Shown: positions 1-16,463 of the stretch, piece by piece
How the letters are laid out: every line of letters begins with the position of its first letter
How positions within the stretch are numbered: the stretch's first letter is position 1
Assembly (NCBI GenBank): GCA_964016885.1
Contig: OZ024756.1
Span: 18,910,001 to 18,974,000, forward strand
Length of the DNA: 64,000 nt
Direction of reading: 5' to 3'
Source: Eledone cirrhosa
Taxonomy: Eukaryota
Made by a program: the position numbers and the translations under genes
The notes under the pieces: model-generated
What the model saw: the letters and a program-made list of their open reading frames with translations, nothing else
What the model was told of the DNA's origin: nothing
Databases searched by the model: none

Positions 1-756
1 AAACCCTGTGATCCAGCAATACTGTTCAGGGATTTATCCGATTGAATAGTTTTATACAAGCGTATATATCCTTTTGCATATGAGTTAGTATGTCAACGAG
101 TTTAGATTATTTTGTATTTTAGTTTTTATCAACAAGGTGTTTTTATCAACAGGTGTTTTTTCCCCCCATTTTTATAAAACGCACTTAAGTATTTGATCTG
201 AGAGTTTGAGACGAACTTAGAATTGATGATATTTCGTTCATATATATTTCGTCGATGACACGGTTTCTCAGTTCATACTTGCTTATTAGAAGTTTCTCCT
301 CTCGAAATTCCATGTAGTCTTGAAGGGGATTTCCCTTAAGTCGTAGATAATGAGTAAACAATTTCTTGTTTTATTTAAACCCGATGACAAATGAATGCAA
401 TTACGAATACTTAAAGTAAAAAAACGGATGGACGAATAACTAACTGCCTTTGTCGTTTCTAGTTTAGTTGAGCCACAACCAACAGAAGTAGAGTTGTTCT
501 CTAAAAGACAAGAATATTCTGTTAAGAGTTTTAGACAAAAATAACTTCTTTGAATGCTGATTCTTTTTTCTTTTCTAATGATTAATTGAAGTGTGTACTA
601 TAATTAAATTGGAAGAATCTAAACTTCTAAAGATAACAGCTAAACATTCGGTGTTTTAACAAAGAAGGTTATTGATGATTTATATAACATTAAAACGAGT
701 CGGCGTAAAACAAACTAGATTCTAGTTCAGCTGATCATATAAATATATATGTTGAA

Positions 757-795
<39 letters not shown>

Positions 796-857
796 GTTGT
801 ATGTGTGTGTGTATGCATATGTGTATATATGTATATATATAGAGAGAGAGAGAACGG

Positions 858-904
858 CTTCTACAGGACTAGAACTGTTTCATTTGGGAGAATTCATCAG
901 GAAA
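858..904 (-). ncRNA. Type I hammerhead ribozyme motif (family A)
   Basis: tttc CTGATGA attctcccaaat GAAA cag ttctagtc ctg TA gaag; a + strand copy truncated in stem II lies at 998-1020. Confidence 0.6.
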
Positions 905-1020
905 ACTCACATACAACACACACCACAGACATATATATATATACGTGTGTGTTGTATGTGTGTTTATATATATATATATGTGTGTGTTGTATGTGTGTTT
1001 TCCTGATGATTTCTCCCGAA

Positions 1021-1657
1021 TATATACCTCTTCCATACACACCTTCCTACAACACCCATCTCTTTGCCAAAGCTGTATCTTCCCTTCTAGACGTACTAAC
1101 TACAATAGTGAAATTGTACTGTGTGTCTTTGTCTTTACTAAACACCTTAGTGAATGTGACTGACTGACTGTTGTCGTTAGAATAAATCTCAGAACAGGTT
1201 TGTTATTGAGAAAGGAATAATAGGATCCTATATAGCTATGAACAAGAAATCAACATATACACTCATCTGTTCATACATAGAATACGTATACACATACATA
1301 ATACACGCACACATATGCATATATATATATATACACACACATACAACATATATATATATGCATATGTGTGCGTGTATTATGTATGTGTATACGTATTCTA
1401 TGTATGAACAGATGAGTGTATATGTTGATTTCTTGTTCATAGCTATATAGGATCCTATTATTCCTTTCTCAATAACAAACCTGTTCTGAGATTTATTCTA
1501 ACGACAACAGTCAGTCAGTCACATTCACTAAGGTGTTTAGTAAAGACAAAGACACACAGTACAATTTCACTATTGTAGTTAGTACGTCTAGAAGGGAAGA
1601 TACAGCTTTGGCAAAAAGATGGGTGTTGTAGGAAGGTGTGTATGGAAGAGGTATATA
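1021..1657. repeat. Long near-perfect inverted repeat (~310 bp arms)
   Basis: 1021-~1332 is the reverse complement of ~1349-1657 with about one mismatch; microsatellite spacer. Confidence 0.95.
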
Positions 1658-2469
1658 GATTTAAAAATCTACAGACTATATTTAACATCGGCTGAAACCG
1701 TAAATAAACGTTGATTAGCGAAGTGTGTACATACGATATAAAAGCTCTTCAGCTTAGTACCAAATAACAAAAATGAATAATTATGTAGGTGGTTCCTTTA
1801 TCAGAGAACAAAAGCCCCATTCTTTCGATAAAATACCAAGTGACTTGATCTGAGATTATCTCTTGAAATTGAAGCAATTATGTCGTGGAAGAGTCATTTT
1901 AACCATTAAAAACCACATACAAACACAGAGTTATGTCTACTTTTTTTTATTTATATTGTGAGGTGGCAACATTTTCGTTGCACCTCTGTGGCCTTATAAT
2001 TGACAACTTCCCCGCAGCTGGTTAGCTTTGCCTTTCATCTTTGCGGGGTCGATAAAATAAAGTACCAGTAATGGTACTTTATTTAATCGACTTTCTCCTT
2101 ACCGCCAAAATTGCTGGCCTTGTACCTAAAGTAGAAACAATTATTACATAACAAAAAAATATTCAGACTTAGGAAAGAATGTCTACAACCTTTCATCGAC
2201 GAAGTAAACTGCTTGTGTAAATCACTTCGTACCAACCATTTGGTTTTTACGTACAACTTAGAACAGACATCATCATTATCAACCGCAGTAAACAACCAAC
2301 CATTTGGTTTGTAAGTACAACTTAGAACATACATCGGCTGTGAGATGAGATGGGGCGAAATTGTGGCCATTTAAAATTATTTTTCTATTTTAATCGTTAG
2401 AGACTTAAATTATTGAAGTGCTTCCAAAATAAGACAGATATCGGTTTACAAGTATTTCTTAGTATTGAG

Positions 2470-3055
2470 TAACCAAGAATAAAAATCATATTTCTGACCA
2501 AGAATAACAATTATATTTCGGACAAAAAATGGAAATTACATTTCTAACCAAGAATAGAAATTATATTTCGGACCAAGAATGGAAATTACATTTCTGACCA
2601 AGAATAGAAATTATATTTCGGACCAAGAATAGAAATTATATTTCGGACCAAGAATAGAAATTATATTTCGAACCAAGAATAGAAATTATATTTCATACCA
2701 AGAATAGAAATTATATTTCATACCAAGAATAGAAATTACATTTCGGACCAAGAATGGAAATTACATTTCGGACCAAGAATGGAAATTACATTTCGGACCA
2801 AGAATGGAAATTACATTTCGGACCAAGAATGGAAATTACATTTCGGACCAAGAATGGAAATTACATTTCGGACCAAGAATGGAAATTACATTTCTGACCA
2901 AGAATAGAAATTATATTTCGGACCAAAAATGGAAATTACATTTCTGACCAAGAATAGAAATTACATTTCTGACCAAGAATAGAAATTACATTTCGGACCA
3001 AGAATGGAAATTACATTTCTGGCCAAGAATAGAAATTACATTTCGGACCAAGAAT
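2470..3055. repeat. 25 bp minisatellite
   Basis: Unit gaccaagaat(g/a)gaaatta(c/t)atttc(g/t), ~23 copies. Confidence 0.95.
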
Positions 3056-3523
3056 CATCATCATCGTCGTTTTACGTCCATTTTCCACACTAACATGGGT
3101 TAAAAATTATATTTCAAATTAAGAATAAGTTATATTTCACCAAGAATAAGTTATATTTCGGACAGTAAATTTAATGTTTGATTTCAAAAACGCCAAGATT
3201 CTATTATATTCCATTCCATTTTTTTATAAAGCGCAACGATTTCTCTATTCACTCCTCTCCATTTCGTAACTGTCTCCTTTCTTTGTAAAGTCAATAGAAT
3301 TATATAGTTAACTCAGTGAGAACTTAGGAACATTCAGGGCGATAGATTTGGAGGATCGGTAGATCAACCAACAAAATATAGTATTTAGTTACGTTGTTTT
3401 ATGTTGTCTGTTCAAATGATGTTGGGTTCGACTAAGCCTTTCATCCTTCCAGATCCGATTGAATAGAACACCAGTGAATTACGGGTAAAAATGTTCTGGG
3501 TTTGTACAGAGGTTAGACATCAA

Positions 3524-3947
<424 letters not shown>

Positions 3948-3982
3948 TAAAAGTGACAAAGGCGTTGTGTTGTTACTAATGA

Positions 3983-4232
<250 letters not shown>

Positions 4233-4269
4233 ATTAAATAAATGGAAACTATATTTATAAAACCATATT

Positions 4270-4335
4270 TATTTCGTTATATATATTTCAGGGATATCAT
4301 ATTAACAATATGTTATGCCTTCTTCAGACAAAATA
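4270..4335 (-). ncRNA. Inverted identical copy of family B hammerhead
   Basis: Reverse complement of 4500-4565 within the 4227-4608 hairpin. Confidence 0.72.
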
Positions 4336-4499
4336 CAATATAAACAGTCTTATAAATAAATAGATACGACATACCTTTCAATCACCTTGCATTTGGGAGG
4401 TTGATTTGGCATATATTTTTTACTGCCAAATCAACCTCCCAAATGCAAGGTGATTGAAAGGTATGTCGTATCTATTTATTTATAAGACTGTTTATATTG

Positions 4500-4565
4500 T
4501 ATTTTGTCTGAAGAAGGCATAACATATTGTTAATATGATATCCCTGAAATATATATAACGAAATA
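4500..4565 (+). ncRNA. Type I hammerhead ribozyme motif with long stem II (family B)
   Basis: tattttgt CTGAAGA agg..catatt-gtt-aatatg..cct GAAA t atat a TA acgaaata; 8 bp stem I. Confidence 0.75.
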
Positions 4566-4693
4566 AATATGGTTTTATAAATATAGTTTCCATTTATTTA
4601 ATATCATAAATATACTCCAAATACTTGTTGAGTGCTTTTATATCAGTTATAAATATTTACTCGTTGTTAACCCAACAATTTAAATATAACTTT

Positions 4694-4751
<58 letters not shown>

Positions 4752-4905
4752 ACTAGAAATTGATTAACATATAAATAAACATGAATAATCATAGGATACT
4801 CGTTAGAATCTTAGAGCTTATTTTGCGGGTGATATGGCGCATGTCTTTCTGGCATGACACCCATGATTTTGATTTAGATTAAATTCATTTGATTTATCTT
4901 AATTT

Positions 4906-4942
<37 letters not shown>

Positions 4943-5704
4943 GGGTTCAGGGTGTTTGGAGTTAAAATCACGCAGCGGTCAGTTTTGCCTTTTCATCTTT
5001 CTGGGTTCTATTTTAAGGAAATTTGGTTGCTATTTCTAGCAGGTCTATGATCACGCAAAGGCTCTCACATTGTTCTGGTTGATGTGAAAGCTTTTTGAAG
5101 GTCAGAAGAATATTGAGCAAAGTTTTGGGGGTTGTGGTGGAAGTGTCTGATCTTTATGAGTGTATATCAGTCAGCATAAGTAGACAATTTTAATAGACAC
5201 ACAAACATGTTAAAGCCAATAAATTCCTAATTTTCTTTCTCGCCGATGTTTATATTTTTCTTGGTGCAATACTTGCTAATATTAATTATATTTATATATA
5301 TATATGGGGAGGGGGATATGTGGGTGTCTATGGGTGTATGTGTGTATGTGTCTATGTGTACATGTACATGCATTGGTGTATGCGCTAATGACAATTTGAT
5401 TCCCTAGGTTAAATTTAAGGCTTCATGAATTTTGGACGAAAAATAAAATATATAAAAGAATAATTAACAATAAAGATATGAAATAGGATGGTAGATTAAG
5501 AGAATTGGTAGAGCGTCATTTGTACTGAGCGGTATTTGTACTGGATCTTAACATTCCGAGTTCAAATCCCGACAAGGCCAACTTTACCATCAACCTTTCC
5601 GGGTCGATAAAATAAAGTACCAGCGAAGTACTGGAGATTAATTTAATCCGAATTAAAAACCTGATTCTAAAGAGACCTCTGTGGCCTGGAGTTAGGACTG
5701 TTGA

Positions 5705-6340
5705 TGTTGTCTTAGATTCCATTCTGGACATTTTGCGATGTCTTAGGTTCCTTTCTAATCTTTTTATGATATCTTAGGTTCCTCCTGATCTTTTTCTTGT
5801 GTCTTAGACACTTTCAGATCTTATTAAGGTGTCTTAGGTTCCATTCTAGACAATTTAAGATGTCTTAGGTTCCTTTCTAGACAATTTAAGATGTCTTAGG
5901 TTCCTTTCTAGACAATTTAAGATGTCTTAGGTTCCATTCTAGACAATTTAAGATGTCTTAGGTTCCTTTCTAGACAATTTAAGATGTCTTAGGTTCCATT
6001 CTAGATAATTTAAGATGTCTTAGGTTCCATTCTAGACATTTTAAGATGTCTTAGGTTCCATTCTAAACAATTTAAGATGTCTTAGGTTCCATTCTAGACA
6101 TTTTAAGATGTCTTAGGTTCCATTATGGACATTTTAAGATGTCTTAGGTTCCATTCTGGACATTTTAAGATGTCTTAGGTTTCATTATGGACATTTTAAG
6201 ATGTCTTAGGTTCAATTCTGGATATTTTAAGGTGTCTTAGGTTCCATTATGGACATTTTAAGATGTCTTAGGTTCAATTCTGGACATTTTAAGATGTCTT
6301 AGGTTCCTTTCTGATCTGTTTAAGATGCTTTAGACATTTT
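5705..6340. repeat. 31 bp minisatellite
   Basis: Unit aagatgtcttaggttccattctagacaattt, ~20 copies, degenerate edges. Confidence 0.95.
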
Positions 6341-6840
6341 CCGTAGGTAACAGTAGGAAAAACAGAATGGTCATTGCTGGAATGTATTTGATCATAGGTC
6401 GGCATCAATTGGACTTACCGCGGGTTAAACAACAACAACTGAACTAAATACCGTATCTAATCTAGATGTGTACTTCTTCATTACTTCAGTTATCATAGCT
6501 GTCTGGAAGCTAATGTTGCAGATAACGTTACACACATACACGTACACGTACAGACACATACACACACATATACACAAGCACAGCACACACACACGCAAAC
6601 ATTCAAACACTGGTGTAAGCATACACACACATAAATGCATAGAATTTCCATGTTATCTGAAATGGATTCTTCCTGTTTGAATATAATACATACATGTGTG
6701 TATATAAATATATTACATACCATTATACAGATACATACCGAGGAACAGTCCACATATATAAGTACACTTACACACACATTTATGTATATATGTGTGTATG
6801 TGTATATCTATATATATCTATATATATATAGGAAAAAGTA

Positions 6841-7735
6841 TAACCCCGACGGCAGAGCTCAAGCCGTTTCGACGGCTATTTCTGGACTAAATTAGAATGT
6901 TTAGCATGGTGAATAAATAGCCGAACTTTTCAAGGGGATACTTCCTTATATGGGAAGATTGTAGTTGTCAAGAGGATTGGTTAAAATGTGTTGTAAACAC
7001 AAATAAGTCTATCATGGCATTTGGTGGGAGGTAGGGGTGGCTGAACTTGCCTGTAGAACAATAGGGGAGTGATGGGAGCGGTCAAGCGTTGAAAGTGATA
7101 TGTATACATCAGCTTCTAAGGATAGTGTGTGAAGTGGGGGAGGGAGGTTATAGAATAGGTAAATCGAAAGAGAGTAGGAGACAATAAAAGATACTAGAAA
7201 TAAATAAAAAAAATATATATAATTAGATAGTGAGAAATGAATAAAGAAATCACAATGCCATCTTACAATTACAGGTTAATAAGTTGAGAATAGAAAAAAC
7301 CTATAGAAATTCCAAAACAGATACAAACCTAAAGGGGTTTTTAACACATCTGCTATAAGTAGTTAGTAAAACGTATTCGGCCAATTCTATCTTAAAATAA
7401 CAGGGGTGGGGAACTGATGGTACAAGGCCCAATGGGCTGCATCGGGGTAGGCGAAAGGGGAAAGCAGACGAGGAAGAAAATAAGGGGCGGAAGGAAGTGA
7501 TAGGATGAGACAGGGGGAAGAAGGAGACAAAGAGGAAAAGAAAAGAGATACATTTACCTATGTAAGCTGGGGTTTCCCCTAACTTATTCGGCAAGAGGGG
7601 GGTATCAGCCCTAGTCTACCCACCTGGGTCGTTATAGGGTTTGAGGGCGAGGTAAGTCCTACGCAATCTGTGTTTGCATGCGGTTACCAGTTGATCTTTC
7701 TTGTTTAGGAGTTGGTCCTTCGAAAACAGCATTTT
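6841..7735 (-). mobile_element. 3' end of a second, divergent Penelope-like element in inverted orientation
   Basis: Minus strand 7732..7616 reads MLFSKDQLLNKKDQLVTACKHRLRRTYLALKPYNDPGG*, aligning with ILYATDHILNKKSEAISACKHKLHKTFLYYSPTLYPNG* of the + strand element; followed by non-coding tail ending in an HHR-like motif at ~6843-6890 and a TA tract. Confidence 0.75.
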
Positions 7736-9660
7736 GTATTACCCGTTTAGAAAGCCGAATGATACGCTTAATTACATAAGTAAGCATTCCAACCATCCTG
7801 CCAGCATAACCAAGAACCTGGTAAGAAACGTTTCGTTGATGCTTTCCCGTCTTTCCACCAACGAGCGTATTTTCAACGACCATTCCACTTATTACAATGA
7901 AGCTCTTGCTCGAAGTGGATTTGTCGATAAGGTAGCATATACGGAGTACGAAAATAGACCTAGAAGAAATAGATCCCGTCGCATTTGTTGGTATAACCCA
8001 CCATATAATATGGAGGTGGCCACACCATTAGCTAAGATCTTTCTTTCCCTTATTACGAAGCTTTTTCCCCCTACACATAAATATAGTAAAATTTTCAATA
8101 GAAATACTATTAAAATTTCTTACTCTACGACTCCTAACCTTGCACATAACATCACAGCTTCAAATTTAGCTAAACTACCTAGCCGTAGGAACACGTGCAA
8201 CCCTGTAGTTAGTACTAACTGTAATTGTAGGAATCGGGTTGATTGCCCCCTATCCGGGAAATGCCTCTCTAGTAACATTGTCTACAAATGTAAGGTTGTA
8301 ACACCCACGTCCCGTAGGGCCTACATAGGGTTAACCGCCAATAGATTCAAGCAGCGTCTTTACATGCATACCCATTCTTTTCGTTACCCTCTAAAAAGGA
8401 ATATGACGTCACTTTCAGCTTATATCTGGAGTCTAAAAGACAACCACACCCAATATAAGTTACACTGGGAGATCCTAGCTAGGGCTAGATCGTATAACGG
8501 AAATAAAAGATCATGTGACCTCTGCGCCGCTGAGGCCCTGGAAATACTCTACGCCACAGACCACATCTTAAACAAAAAATCTGAGGCAATTTCGGCTTGT
8601 AAACATAAATTGCACAAAACTTTCCTGTATTACAGCCCCACGTTATACCCTAACGGATAGTACGATCTATACGTGGATATTTTACGTCTTGATGTGGGAG
8701 CTAAGTATATGTTTTGTTTATACCATTACTTATTTGCATAGGTAAGTATATATTACCCGTAGGTTTTGTGAAGGTACGTATACCTTCTCGTACGTATATT
8801 TGATTGTTTATGTTATGGCGTATAATTTTATATATTCTGGTACATATGGTTTGGCTTTGTGTATACGGTAGTTTTGCGTCTGTGTGAGTATGCTGGTTCG
8901 TACGTATGTAGGGTGTGTGTATATGTGTACTTCATGTTTTGGTTGATTTACGTCTCCGAACATTCGTGTATTTACATGTAGGTATGTGTGTGCGCTTGTT
9001 ATATACGTATTTATTTATTTATATACGTTTATATAATTATTTGTATACATGCATACACACACACACATATTTATATGTGCGTGGTTTTGTATACCTATGG
9101 TAAGTGTTTTGCGTATGCTTGTGTATGTACGTATTTGTTTGCGTGTATGTATTTATTTATTTCTATTAATTCCGTATTGTATTTATTTACTTTGTTCTTA
9201 ACTCTGTAGCGGAGAGTCATTCGGTCTCCTAGTTAGAATTTTAGTCTACGACTTCTGCTATACCATTTACGTGGTTTTGTCTTTGCGTGCTATTGTTCTC
9301 CACGCTCCACATATGACGTATTATCTTCGTTTTTTTCGTTCATTTCCAGAGAACGTCTCTATGAACCACCTAAAAGAACATTAGTCTACGACCTCTTTTA
9401 TACCATAAACGTGGTTCTGTCTTTGCGCGTAATTGTTTTTCACAGCTCCTATTAATGACGTATTATATTCGTTTTTTCCCGTTCTTTGCCAGCGAACGTT
9501 TCCACGAACCAAAGTATCATCTTCCTGTCTTCCTCAGGTTGCAACGTTTTTTGAAATATCCACTTCTGCGTTCACAGATTGACTTTGTTAGTTTCAGAAG
9601 ATCCCGTTAAGGGTGAAAGCAGCGATTCTTTGCTTAAACTTTAATCTGTTATTTTAATAA
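7734..9660 (+). mobile_element. 5'-truncated Penelope-like element: RT C-terminus, GIY-YIG endonuclease and 3' UTR/pLTR ending in an HHR motif
   Basis: ORF 7701..8660: YPFRKPN..YISKHSNHP (PLE RT thumb), CNCRNRVDCPLSGKC linker, NIVYKC...YIGLTANRFKQR..H, CDLC..E..ILNKK (GIY-YIG); ~140 bp tandem duplication at ~9240-9510; HHR at 9590-9640; abuts (TA)n. Confidence 0.9.
9590..9640 (+). ncRNA. Type I hammerhead motif with U4A core variant at the end of the Penelope 3' UTR
   Basis: agttt CAGAAGA t ccc gttaa ggg t GAAA gca gcgattctt tgc TT aaact: all three stems pair. Confidence 0.65.
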
Positions 9661-11083
<1,423 letters not shown>

Positions 11084-12509
11084 CTAGCAGAAGTGCCCGG
11101 CGTTGCTCGGGGCTAAGGAACTGATGTATTATAATGAATATTCCATCTCGTTTGGTTTGCAGGCCTGGTGTGTCATGGTCTCTGTTAACTACGGTATATA
11201 TAATCTGGTTGCAGCTAGAAAAATAGACATACCGCAGCAGGGTCTGTACCTACATAGGTGATCCCCTGTCTATTTGACTTTCGCCTGACCTAACTGAGGT
11301 TGTAGGTGAAAGGGGTAGGATCAATCACTTTTTGAGAGGACAAAGGAAACGTTTGTTGGTGCCTTATTATGTCGTGATTTTGGGTTCAATCCCTAATTTT
11401 TTTATTCCTTACTGAAAGTACTTAATGAACCTGTGAACGTCCCTAGCAGTTAAGAATGAGAAATTTAATTGTTTCTGGCGCGATTGTACTCTCGTCATTG
11501 TTAACGAAAACTACATTGAAACACGCACACACACACACACACACACGTGTGTATTGACGGTAATACACACACACACACACATGCTCACGGCGACATAACA
11601 TTTACCGGTTATATAAACTTTTCATGCTATATAACATCGTACTGACTACATAGCCTTTTACCTGCTACATAGCTTTACCGACTACATAATGAATACCGGC
11701 TACGCAATTGATCTTGTTTAAAGAAATCTGCGAATAGTGTTTTAAAAAATTATTTGTTAACTTGCATGATGTGAAATGGAAGGGTAGTATTATCGCCATG
11801 AAGATTAACAACCGAAAATGAAAATAATGATGTCGTTTGATTTTACGATTGAAAGAAAATAATTGTCGCAAATTAGAATTTTTATTTGTTAATGAAGTGT
11901 GTATGTGTGGTTAGAAATCCGGCACGTGGTTAAATTGATTTAAAGTTTAATTATTCATTTGATGTGAGTGTGTGTTTGTATGTGTTTGCAAATAAATAAA
12001 TCAGTTTGAAGACTCACATTTAGAATAAACGAAATTGTACGTTAATGTGGCTAATGTTTTTGTTGTTTAGTCTGTAAAGTGTATGAGCGAGAGAGTAAAA
12101 CGGACAGTATCACCATCAACATGAACAATGTAAAATGAAAAGAATAGTTGTTTCAGCTTGGAAAGAGAAAGTAGCAGAAAGTATGAAGTTGTATAGATTT
12201 TGAAGGGTAGTGGAAAGAGTTTAGCAGTTGAAATTAAAGAGGTTTTATCGTAAATTATTGAGTTTTATCGAATTTTTGCGTAATTGTGGGTGAAATTGAA
12301 AAGAGTATATATGCCATGACCCAATCGAAGCTATTTCGAATACTGAATTGTAAATTTCAATTGAAAAGCATTTAGAAATGCGCAACCGGTAAAACTTAAA
12401 ACCAAAACTGAATACCAACCAATACAATTACTAATTGTCATTTATTCCGAATTAAACTATTTTTCACTGTGAACAATTTGTCAGCATTTTCTATTCCGTT
12501 TACCAATAT

Positions 12510-12512
<3 letters not shown>
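11084..12512 (-). mobile_element. Non-autonomous Helitron
   Basis: Minus strand begins 5'-TC(TATA), ends CCCGAGCAACGCCGGG hairpin + 8 nt + CTAG, inserted between A and T in a TA tract; shares ~250 bp (about 12098-12365) with 18176-18407. Confidence 0.75.
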
Positions 12513-12576
<64 letters not shown>

Positions 12577-12655
12577 GTCCAGAATTAGCCGTCGAAACGG
12601 CTTGAACTCAGCCGTCGGGGCCCTACTCGTTCCTATATATAAACGATATATATGT

Positions 12656-12725
<70 letters not shown>

Positions 12726-12917
12726 ATAGATATATATGTGTGTGTATAGATATATATGTATGTATATATATGTATATATATTTATATATATTGTTATACT
12801 TGGGGAGGGTCATATTTGTGTAATATTGCCAGAATTAATAACAGAACACACACACTGTTTGGTTGGTTTTCGCTTCTCGCTGTCTTTTATATCTGCAATC
12901 CAGCTTAATCTAGCTTA

Positions 12918-13101
12918 TTTATATATAGATATATAGATATATATGTATGTATATGTATATATATATATATAGATATATATATATATATCTATAGATATAT
13001 AGATATATATATATATATCTATAGATATATATGTATGTATATATATATATATCTATAGATATATATGTATGTATATATATATATATCTATAGATATATAT
13101 G

Positions 13102-13198
<97 letters not shown>

Positions 13199-13230
13199 AG
13201 ATATATATATATATATATATATATATGTAT

Positions 13231-13299
<69 letters not shown>

Positions 13300-13669
13300 T
13301 ATAGATATATATATATGTATAGATATATATGTATGTATATAGATATATATATGTATAGATATATATGTATGTATATATATATATATATATATATGTATAG
13401 ATATATATGTATATATGTATATATATGTATATATATGTATAGATATATATGTATATATATGTATTTATATATATATATATTTATAGATATATATGTATGT
13501 ATATATATATATATATATATATGTATATGTATATATGTATATATATGTATATATATGTATAGATATATATGTATATATATGTATTTATATATATATATAT
13601 TTATAGATATATATGTATTTATATATATATATTTATAGATATATATGTATGTATAGAGATATATATGTA

Positions 13670-13714
<45 letters not shown>

Positions 13715-13739
13715 ATGTATGTATAGAGATATATATGTA

Positions 13740-13804
<65 letters not shown>

Positions 13805-13947
13805 ATGTATGTATAGAGATATATGTATATATGTATATATATGTATAGATATATATGTATATATGTATATATATGTATAGATATATATGTATATATGTAT
13901 ATATATGTATAGATATATATGTATATATATGTATAGATATATATATT

Positions 13948-13984
<37 letters not shown>

Positions 13985-14058
13985 ATATATGTATAGATAT
14001 ATATGTATATATGTATATATATGTATAGATATATATGTATATATGTATATATATGTAT

Positions 14059-14116
<58 letters not shown>

Positions 14117-14356
14117 GTATAGATATATATGTATAGATATATATGTATATATATATATGTATAGAAATATATGTATAGATAGATATGTATACATATATAT
14201 GTATAGATATATATGTATAGAAATATATGTATAGATAGATATGTATATATATATATGTATAGATATATATGTATGTATAGATATATATGTATATATATAT
14301 ATGTATAGATATATATTTATGTATATATATATATGTATAGATATAAATCTATGTAT

Positions 14357-14396
<40 letters not shown>

Positions 14397-14611
14397 TTCC
14401 ATGTGTATATATATATATTTCTATGTATATATATATATATTTCTATGTATATATATATTTCTATGTATATATATATATATTTCTATGTATATATATATAT
14501 ATATTTGTATGTATATATATATATATATTTGTATGTATATATATATATATTTGTATCTATATATATATATATATATTTGTATCTATATATATATATATAT
14601 ATTTGTATGTA

Positions 14612-14656
<45 letters not shown>

Positions 14657-14665
14657 TTGTATGTA

Positions 14666-14719
<54 letters not shown>

Positions 14720-14721
14720 TT

Positions 14722-14760
<39 letters not shown>
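12918..14760. repeat. (TA)n/(TATG)/(TAGA) compound microsatellite
   Basis: Directly visible. Confidence 0.98.
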
Positions 14761-14766
<6 letters not shown>

Positions 14767-14880
14767 GTTAGAATATGTATAATAAGGCCAAGACAATGCA
14801 GGTATAGACATAGAAAAAAGAATGCAATAGTGAAAGATATTGATGTGAATTCGTCTTTCACCTTGAATTTATTTAAATGT

Positions 14881-14915
14881 CCTTAATTTTCGAGATAATA
14901 TCTCTTCTTCGGAGG
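14881..14915 (-). ncRNA. Minimal hammerhead-like motif with U4C core variant
   Basis: cct CCGAAGA a gaga tatta tctc GAAA at TA agg; short stem I; mirror copy at 15004-15038. Confidence 0.45.
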
Positions 14916-15003
14916 GAAGTAAAGTTCTCAAACCAGCGTCTTTAAATCTCTAATCTCTAATCTCATTAGAGATTTAAAGACGCTGGTTTGAGAACTTTAC
15001 TTA

Positions 15004-15038
15004 ACTCCGAAGAAGAGATATTATCTCGAAAATTAAGG
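15004..15038 (+). ncRNA. Mirror copy of the minimal hammerhead-like motif (weakened stem I)
   Basis: act CCGAAGA a gaga tatta tctc GAAA at TA agg. Confidence 0.35.
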
Positions 15039-15197
15039 ACATTTAAATAAATTCAAGGTGAAAGACGAATTCACATCAATATCTTTCACTATTGCATTCT
15101 TGTTTCTATGTCCATACCTGCATTGTCTTGGCCTTATTACACATATTCTAACGTTTATACCTCATTACACAATACTTCAAGTGAACTATAACCTCCT

Positions 15198-15263
<66 letters not shown>

Positions 15264-15433
15264 AGATATATATATATGTATAAATATAAATATATGTATA
15301 TATATATATATGTATAGATAGTCCAGAATTAGCCGTCGGGGTCCTACTCGTTCCTATTACCCACTCTGCGACCCTAAGTATTGAGTACTTTGGTACGTTA
15401 TGGTCCATCTGGTTCCTTACCACTTTTCCTTCG

Positions 15434-16452
<1,019 letters not shown>

Positions 16453-16463
16453 GTCTATACATA

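Larger units (their letters stand above)
14761..15158. repeat. Fold-back element (~195 bp arms) carrying HHR-like motifs
   Basis: Reverse-complement arms with a few mismatches; flanked by (TA)n. Confidence 0.95.

Noticed and set aside
7701-7733. TTG start of the 319 aa ORF as a real N-terminus
   Set aside because: The first ~11 codons are the antisense of the inverted PLE piece; the ORF is a truncated retroelement, not a host gene
9495-9540. Minus-strand CTGAGGA...GAAACGTT motif
   Set aside because: No stem I or stem II pairing
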